A DNA stretch of 55,104 nt from Candidatus Eiseniibacteriota bacterium (GTDB lineage: Bacteria > Eisenbacteria > RBG-16-71-46): contig JADLGX010000374.1 in NCBI GenBank assembly GCA_020849095.1, positions 1-55,104 of the forward strand, given 5' to 3'. Below are positions 19,365 through 27,456 of this stretch, piece by piece. Position numbers and translations under genes: made by a program. The first letter of the stretch is position 1. Each line of letters starts with the position of its first letter. Below the pieces are notes generated by a model. It made no database searches. It worked only from the letters and a program-made list of their open reading frames with translations, and was not told the DNA's origin.

Positions 19365-19811
19365 CTACGCGGCGCGGGCCTGCGCCTGCGACGCGAGCAC
19401 GTCCGCGTGCGCGCCGACCGCGATCTTGACGGCGGCGTGCTTGAGCACGTAAACGCGGATGTTGTTGCCCAGTTCGTCCGCGGGCGCCATGAAGAAGCCG
19501 CTGCGTTCGGGGGCGTAGGCCATCGTGTGGCCGCAGAGGATCTCGCCGTCCTTGAACTGCACGGCGATCCGGCGGCCCTGATTGGCGGCCGTCACGGCGA
19601 CGAAACCGGGCGTATCTTTGCGGGTCGAATCTCCGGCCAGATCCTTCACGAAGTACACGGCCTTGAGCTTCGCGCACGTGATCTCGCGCGTGGTCGTGTC
19701 GCCAGCCGAGTGCAGGTGAAAAGAGGGACGGTTCGGAAAGAAATCTTCGGTCGTTCCCTTCAGCGTGGTGCCGTCGAGGAACCGAGCAACCACCTTGTTG
19801 ACCTCACTCAT
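19365..19811 (-). CDS. Hypothetical cytoplasmic protein with two tandem beta-rich repeats
   Basis: ATG 19811 is preceded by GGAGGAGCC. MSEVNKVVARFLDGTTLKGTTEDFFPNRPSFHL... recurs as RRIAVQFKDGEILCGHTMAYAPERSGFFMAP. TAG stop. Confidence 0.75.
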   Translation of the reverse strand: MSEVNKVVARFLDGTTLKGTTEDFFPNRPSFHLHSAGDTTTREITCAKLKAVYFVKDLAGDSTRKDTPGFVAVTAANQGRRIAVQFKDGEILCGHTMAYAPERSGFFMAPADELGNNIRVYVLKHAAVKIAVGAHADVLASQAQARAA

Positions 19812-19996
19812 GGCTCCTCCTTGACCGGCCCGCCGTGAGCGTTCGGCGCTCGAGGCTGTTTCGGCAGGCTCAACACGTGCCATCGGCCCTTCATGTCCCC
19901 GGCTTGACGTCGAACTCGGGCCGGAACCCCGGGACGCGAATGGGGTACTGGAATCGCAGATGAAATGGCCGATACCGCACATGGGAGGTGCCTGTC

Positions 19997-20974
19997 ATGA
20001 CGCCGGATCCAGAAGTGGGCGCGAGACCCGCGCCCGTGCGTGGGCCCAGGTCCGAAGAGGAATCGCACCCGGGGCAGATCCATCGGTTCGTCGCCGCGGA
20101 AAGATCCCTGCACTGGGCGCTCGCCGCGCCGTTCGTGCTCCTTTAGCTGTCCGCGTTCGCGCTGGTCGCCCTGTACGGGGAGCCGCACCCGCGCGTCTTC
20201 CGCAATGCGTTCGCGACCGCCCACCGGGCGATCGGCGTCGCTTTGATCGTGCTGCCGCCGCTCGCCCTTCTCGCCGGCAGCCGGGACTGGCGCGCGCATC
20301 TCGAGAACATGCGCGAAGGGTGGCGCTGGCGGCGTGACGACATCCGCTGGCTGCTGCTGTTTCCCCGCAACGCCGTGGATCCGCGGGTCGCGCTTCCCGA
20401 GCAGGGCAAGTTCAACGCCGCCGAGAAGCTCAACTTCATGATGGTGTCGGTCACCTATCCGCTGTACATCGTCACCGGGCTGCTCGTGTGGATGCCCAGA
20501 GTCGCGTTCTTTCCCTACCTTGCCCATCTCGCCATGGCCATCGTGGGATCGCCGCTGGTCTTCGGCCACATCTTCATGGCGGCCATCAATCCCGAGACCC
20601 GCGTGGGGCTGAGCGGCATGTTCACCGGGTGGGTGGACCGCGAGTGGGCGAAGCACCCCTACCGGCGCTGGTACCGCGACCGCTTCGAAGGCCCGGCCGC
20701 CGAGCCCTCGCCGGCCGCGCCCACGACGGCCATCCTCACGCAGCCCGCCCAGCTGTGCTGTCCCTCGTGCCGGGCGGTCCAGGAGTTCGAGAACTGGGAG
20801 CGGCTCATCGAGCGCGCGTTCCGAGTCGAGCCTCTCTTCTGTCCGGAGTGCAGCGCCGAGATGGGAATCGTGGACGCCCACGGCGATCCCGCCGTCGCCG
20901 ACGCCATTCTCGAGCACCTCGAGTCATCGGGGGGCAAGCAGGCCTTTCACCGGCCCGGCAAGAAGCAGGACTGA
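19997..20974 (+). pseudogene. FdnI/Ni-Fe-hydrogenase-type cytochrome b with an in-frame TAG at 20144-20146 and a C-terminal 4-Cys zinc-ribbon-like tail
   Basis: Hand translation from ATG 19997 (GGGAGG at 19983-19988) gives MTPDPEVG...IHRFVAAERSLHWALAAPFVLL*LSAFALVALYG... The stop falls inside TM1, just after the RFxxxERxxHW haem-ligand motif. The frame then continues into the 243-aa ORF, with GKFNAAEKLNFMMVSVTYPLYIVTGLLVW. Confidence 0.7.
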
Positions 20975-20980
20975 AAGCGC

Positions 20981-21010
20981 GACGGCCACTCCCACAGAGG
21001 AGTGGCCGTC
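20981..21010. terminator. Hairpin between convergent genes
   Basis: GACGGCCACTCC-CACAGA-GGAGTGGCCGTC, a perfect 12-bp stem. Flanks are weakly A/T rich (GTGATTTCGC). Confidence 0.6.
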
Positions 21011-21041
21011 GTGATTTCGCAACCGCGTGGCCGCAGCCGTC

Positions 21042-21959
21042 TCAGCGCACGAACTGCTTCGCGGCGCCCCACGTCGAGCGTTTCGCGGGCGTGCTGCCAC
21101 AGTGGCCGGGTCCCGTCACGCCGTTGTTGAACTGATCGAGCGTGTTCGTGAGCGCGCTCGTGGAAGCGGGCGAGAGCGTACCGGCGCCGATCGGGGGAGC
21201 GACCAGAGCGCCGATCAGGGCATCCGCCTGGTTGATCGCGAGCAACACCGCGGCCGGGGCGGTCGCTCCGTTCGCAATGTTCAGCTTGGCGGCGATCAGC
21301 TGGTGGGCGAGCGAGACGAGCCCGTTGCCGGCGGCCGGCTGGTGGAACACGAGCAGCAGCTGCGCGGCGGAGTAGTTCACGGTTCCGAGCGTGAGCGAAC
21401 CGGTCGGCCAAGCCGTTTCGTGCGTCTTCCAGTACCCCTGCGTGTACGTGCAGTCCTGCGACGAGCGCAGCGCCGTCGCGATCCGGACGGGCGCGCTCGG
21501 TTCGCTCGCCTCGCCCTCGGGCGCGGAGTTGGCGATGGCGCGAACGACGTACTCCGTCCCCTCCTCGAGTTCGCCGGACTGGGCGGTCAGCACGCCGGTC
21601 TCGTCGAAGAGGTCCCCCAGTTCGACGCCGGCGGCGCCGTCGGACTCGAGCTGGTAGCTGTGCGTGCCGTCGGTCGTGTTGAGCGTGGGGACGCCCACGA
21701 AAACGCCGCGGTGCAGACGCGAGTCCTCCGTGGAGGGCCAGCTGCCGAGCGCGTCGTATTCGGAGGCCTTCATCCACTCCAGTGTGAAGCCGGCCGGCGC
21801 GCCCGATTCACCGGCGGTGACGACGGCCGTCACCGACGTGCGGCTGGCGCCGAGGATGGAGAGCGAGGGGCGGGAGAGTGGCGCGGCGACCGCGCTGCCG
21901 GAGACGGCGGCGGTGACGGCGATGCCGAGGAAGGCCCGGCGTAGGGTGCGAGCGAGCAT
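21042..21959 (-). CDS. Secreted hypothetical protein (FN3-like N-domain plus Cys-bracketed 'CTYTQGYWKTHE' domain) ending in STWGAAKQFVR
   Basis: Signal peptide MLARTLRRAFLGIAVTAAVSGSAVA. High GC3. No enzymatic motif recognised. Confidence 0.8.
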   Translation of the reverse strand: MLARTLRRAFLGIAVTAAVSGSAVAAPLSRPSLSILGASRTSVTAVVTAGESGAPAGFTLEWMKASEYDALGSWPSTEDSRLHRGVFVGVPTLNTTDGTHSYQLESDGAAGVELGDLFDETGVLTAQSGELEEGTEYVVRAIANSAPEGEASEPSAPVRIATALRSSQDCTYTQGYWKTHETAWPTGSLTLGTVNYSAAQLLLVFHQPAAGNGLVSLAHQLIAAKLNIANGATAPAAVLLAINQADALIGALVAPPIGAGTLSPASTSALTNTLDQFNNGVTGPGHCGSTPAKRSTWGAAKQFVR

Positions 21960-22121
21960 GGGAAGGTCGGCCTCCGAGAGAGAGTGTTCCGAGGCGGCGA
22001 GCTGGCCTCGATGCCGAGAAGCCTATCCCAGTCATGGCGTTGAACGCACGAAGTATGAATGCGAGCGAGAACGCAACACCGCGAGCAGGCCGGGCGGGGC
22101 TTCACTTCCGCCGGGGGGGCG

Positions 22122-22562
22122 TCAGCGCTGCGTCGCCGCGGCGCTTCCCGTGGCGAAGTTCCACTCGTAGACGTCGCGCACCAGCTTGCCGCGCACCAGC
22201 CGGACACCCGTCGTGATCGAGAAGCGGTGGGCGGTGTTCGGCGCGAGCGGGGCGGCCGGCGTGAATGTGGCCGCATTGGAGAGCAGATCGACGGTGCCCG
22301 CCACCACGTTTCCGGCGGCATCGGTCAGCGTGAACGAGAGCACCGCCGCCTCGCGCGAATCGAGATCGTCGACAAAGCTCACGACGCCGGGCGCGTTCAC
22401 GCTGACTCCGGCGGAATCCGCGCGCGGCATCACCGAGACGATCCCGATATGGGCCTGGAGCACCTGGCTGCTGAGGTCGTTGGAGGCGCACGAACTCAGC
22501 GCCGAGAGGGTGACGGCCGCGAGCATCGCGAGCGGCAGCAGCGAGAGGAGACGGCGGGACAT
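22122..22562 (-). CDS. Small lipoprotein with an Ig-like (SbsA-Ig/Big-like) domain
   Basis: MSRRLLSLLPLAMLAAVTLSALSSC lipobox. ...SFTLTDAAGNVVAGTVDLLSNAATFTPAAPLAPNTAHRFSITTG... resembles bacterial Ig-like domains. Confidence 0.75.
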   Translation of the reverse strand: MSRRLLSLLPLAMLAAVTLSALSSCASNDLSSQVLQAHIGIVSVMPRADSAGVSVNAPGVVSFVDDLDSREAAVLSFTLTDAAGNVVAGTVDLLSNAATFTPAAPLAPNTAHRFSITTGVRLVRGKLVRDVYEWNFATGSAAATQR

Positions 22563-22747
22563 GACGATTCCTCGTGAGACCGGTAGGCGCCGGACGGGCA
22601 GGCGCGTGGATTGCGACGTCGGGTACTGGCACCGGGAATCTAGTCCCGCCCGCGCACGCGGGGCAAGCGGGGAGGGCGCGCGCGCCCGCGAGACAGCGCT
22701 GCCCTCATGCGTTAATCTGCCGGCTCGTCTTTTTCGGGAGGTTCCAC

Positions 22748-23425
22748 TTGCGCACGATCCTTCGTCTTTCGCTCCTTCTCGTGATGGCCGCGATTCCGGC
22801 CGTCGCTTCGGGCGCCGACCGCAACGGCATTCAGTTGCAGGTCGCCGGCCTGTTCGGCTCCCCGTCCGGCACCTACGCCTCGGCGGGGGACGCTTCGCTC
22901 TCGGACTACTTCGCCGCGGCTCCGGGCTTCGGCATCACGGGCACGCTCGGCGTCACGCGGATGTTCCACGCGGGCGTGCGCTACGGAGTCCTTCGCAGCG
23001 CGAAGGAGTCCTCGTACACGTTCGACGACCTCACGTTGCCGGGAGGCGCGACGCCCCCGGGTTCGGGGCCCTTCGAGACGCGGCGCACGCTGACGGTCTC
23101 GGAGTTCGCCGGGATCGTCGAGTATCGCCGCCCTCTCCGCCAGGGGGCCCATCTGTTCCTCGAAGCCGGCGCCGGGTTGTTCACCTTCTCCGAGCGCGTC
23201 AAGGTGACCGAGGGCGGAACCGGCCTCCTCACCATCGGCGGGTACCAGCAGGAACCCATGTGGACCGCGGGCGCAGGCGCCTCCTTCCGGGTTCTGCGGA
23301 ACTTCGACCTCGTCGTGAGCGGGCGCTGGAGCCAGGCCATGACCGGGGACGGCGACATCTGGTCGGCCGGGGACGATCCCGCCTTCGCCGTGGCGAGCGT
23401 CGGGCTGCGCTACCCCAACTACTGA
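22748..23425 (+). CDS. Small outer-membrane beta-barrel protein (OmpW/OprF-N-like)
   Basis: TTG 22748 lies 6 nt after GGGAGG. Signal peptide (M)RTILRLSLLLVMAAIPAVASG. Alternating beta-strand pattern, C-terminal ...VGLRYPNY with a terminal aromatic residue. Confidence 0.7.
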   Translation: MRTILRLSLLLVMAAIPAVASGADRNGIQLQVAGLFGSPSGTYASAGDASLSDYFAAAPGFGITGTLGVTRMFHAGVRYGVLRSAKESSYTFDDLTLPGGATPPGSGPFETRRTLTVSEFAGIVEYRRPLRQGAHLFLEAGAGLFTFSERVKVTEGGTGLLTIGGYQQEPMWTAGAGASFRVLRNFDLVVSGRWSQAMTGDGDIWSAGDDPAFAVASVGLRYPNY

Positions 23426-23448
23426 CCCGCGCGACCCGTTGACGCGCC

Positions 23449-23483
23449 ACGCGCCCTTCCGGTGCGGGGCGCGTTGCTTTTTG
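23449..23483 (+). terminator. Rho-independent terminator after the beta-barrel gene
   Basis: ACGCGCCC-loop-GGGCGCGT followed by TGCTTTTTGCC. Confidence 0.7.
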
Positions 23484-23641
23484 CCCGCCTCGTGCCGGCC
23501 GCCCTCAAGCTTTTCGCCTCGAGGGCGAGACTCCCCATCGCAAGCGAGCTCCGGGACGGCCATCAGGGCCGAGAACCGTCCACACGTGCGGAGTTGCACC
23601 GGTCGCAGAAGCGTCCGTGGGCCTGCGAGAAGGAGTACCCG

Positions 23642-24832
23642 ATGGACTTCACTTTCGAGGGCGTCAACAACATCGGCAGCGCGCTGGCAGCGCGCGCCGC
23701 CAACTACACGGCGCTCGGCAGCACGGCCCTCGGCCGCGGTGCGGCGCAGGTGCAGCAGGGCAACTACGAAGCGGCGATCTCCGACTTCAAGCGCGCCGTC
23801 GCCTACGATCCCACGCTGGTCGCCGCCTACCGCAACCTCGGACGCGTGTACCAGATGCTCGGTCGCGGCGATGAAGCCGTCGCGGCGTACGAGCGCGGCA
23901 TCGCCGCCGATCGCTCGTCCGACGTGACCCGCCAGGACCTCGCCTCCTACTACATGACCAACGGGCGTTACGCCGAGGCCGAAGAGCAGCTCCAGGTGAT
24001 CGTGCGCAACAACCCGAATGCCGCCGGTCCGGTCGCCTCTCTGGGGCACATCTACATGACCCAGGGGCGATACGCGGAAGCCGACCAGAAGTTCGAGCGT
24101 GTGCTGCAGCTGATGCCGCGCGACGCGGCCGCCCACTACAGCATGGGTGTCCTGCGCGCGCGCCAGGGCGAACTCGGCGAGGCGATCGACCAGCTGACCC
24201 TGGCGAACGAAATCCGCCCCAAGTATGCCGCCGCCATGGCCGACCTCGCGTACGCCTACTTCGACAATGGCGAGAAGGAGAAGGCCAACGAGCAGCTGCA
24301 GGCGCTGTGGGATCTCGGGACCGAAGAGAGCGTCGTCCTCGCGGCGACGGTGTCCGAGTACATGGCGACGCCCAAGATTCTGTTCCCGGACTACCTGCAC
24401 AGCACGTTCAACACGCTGCTGGGGCCGGGCACCTCGCTGAGCACGCTGGATCCCGCGCTGGCGACGCCGGGCGCGAGCGCCACGTTCACGATGACGTTCC
24501 AGTTCAACGGCGACATGGACCCGAACTCGGTCCAGGACATCTGGAACTGGAACATCTCCAAGGCGGCAGGCGGTGAGCCCGGCGTGTACAACCATGGCGC
24601 CAACCTGCATCCCGAGAACGAGGCCTACATCATGCCGTACCCGCTGGCGGTCTCTTACGACCCGGTCAAGCAGACCGCGACGCTGTACTTCCGCGTCAGC
24701 CAGAACGCCACCGGCAACGCCGTCATGGATCCGTCCCACTGGGTGTTCCGCTTCGACGGCACCGACATCAGCGGGCGCTCGATGGATCCGGACTACGACC
24801 AGTATGCCCACGGCGCCCGCGGGCCGTTCTGA
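23642..24832 (+). CDS. TPR-repeat protein with a C-terminal Ig-like domain
   Basis: ATG 23642 follows AAGGAG. Repeated ...YEAAISDFKRAVAYDP..., ...GRGDEAVAAYERGIAAD..., ...GRYAEAEEQLQVIVRNNP..., ...GRYAEADQKFERVLQLMP..., ...GELGEAIDQLTLANEIRP.... No signal peptide is evident. Confidence 0.8.
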   Translation: MDFTFEGVNNIGSALAARAANYTALGSTALGRGAAQVQQGNYEAAISDFKRAVAYDPTLVAAYRNLGRVYQMLGRGDEAVAAYERGIAADRSSDVTRQDLASYYMTNGRYAEAEEQLQVIVRNNPNAAGPVASLGHIYMTQGRYAEADQKFERVLQLMPRDAAAHYSMGVLRARQGELGEAIDQLTLANEIRPKYAAAMADLAYAYFDNGEKEKANEQLQALWDLGTEESVVLAATVSEYMATPKILFPDYLHSTFNTLLGPGTSLSTLDPALATPGASATFTMTFQFNGDMDPNSVQDIWNWNISKAAGGEPGVYNHGANLHPENEAYIMPYPLAVSYDPVKQTATLYFRVSQNATGNAVMDPSHWVFRFDGTDISGRSMDPDYDQYAHGARGPF

Positions 24833-25055
24833 CGGGGGCAGCGGCCGGTCCTTTGGGACCAGTGATTACGCCATCTCCGCCGGGAGCCTCCTGCTGCTAG
24901 ACTGCGCTCCGCTCCGCCGGAGGACGTGCCGATGACGGGTTCGTTCGCGGCGGCTGACTACACCTAAGAGGGGCGTGCGATCGTGGTCTCGCTGTTCCCA
25001 CGCGTGCCTCGTCCCATCGGATCGATCGCAGCCCGTACCAACAGGAGAAGCGCCC

Positions 25056-26354
<1,299 letters not shown>

Positions 26355-26379
26355 CGAGCCGAGCGGCAACGACGAAGCT

Positions 26380-26409
26380 GCCGGTCCCGCGAGGGGCCGG
26401 CCGCTTTCG
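26380..26409. terminator. Hairpin between convergent gltA and the glutathione peroxidase gene
   Basis: GCCGGTCCC-GCGA-GGGGCCGGC (one G.U pair) followed by CGCTTTCG. Confidence 0.55.
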
Positions 26410-26428
26410 AATGCGTACGCTGGTCTCG

Positions 26429-27028
26429 TCAGCGCGCGGCGCGTGAGGCGAGCAGGGTCTCGATCTGTCCGGTGATCTCCGGCGCGAGCGGCTTCACCTT
26501 GGAGGGGAAGCGCGCCACCACCTTGCCGTCGGGGCCGATCAGGAACTTGGTGAAGTTCCATTCGACGTCACCGGGGAAGGCGGAGTCCTTGGTGAGCCAC
26601 GAGTAGAGCGGCGCGATCTTGCCGCCCTTCACGTGGATCTTGGAGAACAGCGGGAACTTCGTGCCGAACCGCGTGGAGCAGAACTCCTCGATCTCCTCGT
26701 CGGTGCCCGGCTCCTGCGAGAGGAAATCGTTCGCCGGGAACGCGAGAACTTCGAAACCCTGCGCGCGGTACTTCTGGTAGAGCGCCTCGAGTCCCTCGTA
26801 CTGGGGCGTGAAGCCGCAGCGCGACGCTGTGTTCACGACCAGCAGCACCTTGCCCTTGTACGAGGACAGTGGAACCTTATTGCCCTTGATCGAGAGCACT
26901 TCGAATCCGTAGATGTCCTTCTGCACCGGACGTCCTCCTGCGGGCGTCTTCGCGAGCCCCGCTCCCGGCAGGAGGGTGGCGGCGAGGGCGAGCGTGGTGA
27001 GGGTGAGGCGAACGAACCTGGAGCTCAT
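26429..27028 (-). CDS. Glutathione peroxidase (BtuE/Gpx family), exported
   Basis: ATG 27028 follows GAGAGGA. Signal peptide MSSRFVRLTLTTLALAATLLPGAGLA. LVVNTASRCGFTPQY, FPANDF and WNFTKFLI motifs. Confidence 0.95.
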   Translation of the reverse strand: MSSRFVRLTLTTLALAATLLPGAGLAKTPAGGRPVQKDIYGFEVLSIKGNKVPLSSYKGKVLLVVNTASRCGFTPQYEGLEALYQKYRAQGFEVLAFPANDFLSQEPGTDEEIEEFCSTRFGTKFPLFSKIHVKGGKIAPLYSWLTKDSAFPGDVEWNFTKFLIGPDGKVVARFPSKVKPLAPEITGQIETLLASRAAR

Positions 27029-27138
27029 GGGCGTCCTCTCGGGAATGTATTGTTCGACCTGCGGACGCGGGCTTTGATGCGTGCCGATTCGCGGTGGATT
27101 CCCCGCGCGAGCACCCGGCATGCAGTCATTGCAGTGCC

Positions 27139-27167
27139 TTGCCATCCATCGCGTGCCCGGGTAATCT
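27139..27167 (+). promoter_or_regulatory. Candidate sigma70-type promoter upstream of tRNA-Cys
   Basis: TTGCCA (27139-27144), a 17-nt spacer, then TAATCT (27162-27167), about 100 nt upstream of the tRNA. Sequence match only. Confidence 0.3.
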
Positions 27168-27276
27168 GCGCGCTGCTTCGGACTCAGGGGCACCCATCGC
27201 GTGCTCGTCGCCCGCAACATGGGCGCGCACGCATCGCGCGAACTCCGCGAGTGACGCTGTTGTCCGGCAACAGATT

Positions 27277-27351
27277 GGCGGCATACCCAAGTGGTAAGGG
27301 AAGCGCCTGCAAAGCGCTCATTCCCCGGTTCGAATCCGGGTGCCGCCTCCA
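27277..27351 (+). tRNA. tRNA-Cys (anticodon GCA), CCA encoded
   Basis: Hand-folded cloverleaf. Acceptor GGCGGCA/TGCCGCC, anticodon stem AGCGC/GCGCT with loop CTGCAAA, T-arm CCCGG-TTCGAAT-CCGGG, discriminator T plus CCA. Confidence 0.9.
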
Positions 27352-27393
27352 CTTCTTCACTCCCGGCCGTGAAGTCCCCGGCCGTGGCAAAGA

Positions 27394-27440
27394 GCAGAGG
27401 CGCCGTGCGCGATCGGCCGCGCACGGCGCCTCTGCTTTTC
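27394..27440. terminator. Strong bidirectional terminator between tRNA-Cys and the convergent phosphatase gene
   Basis: Perfect 18-bp stem GCAGAGGCGCCGTGCGCG-ATCGGC-CGCGCACGGCGCCTCTGC, with CAAAGA upstream and TTTTC downstream. Confidence 0.85.
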
Positions 27441-27456
27441 GTCACGGGCTCGCGGT

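Noticed and set aside
20144-20146. Genome-wide amber (TAG) reassignment or programmed read-through as the explanation for the in-frame TAG in the cytochrome b gene.
   Set aside because: TAG terminates gltA (26352-26354), gnd (43537-43539), the cytochrome c gene and the PLP dehydratase exactly where homologues end. TAG is therefore a normal stop here, and a nonsense mutation or sequence error is more parsimonious.
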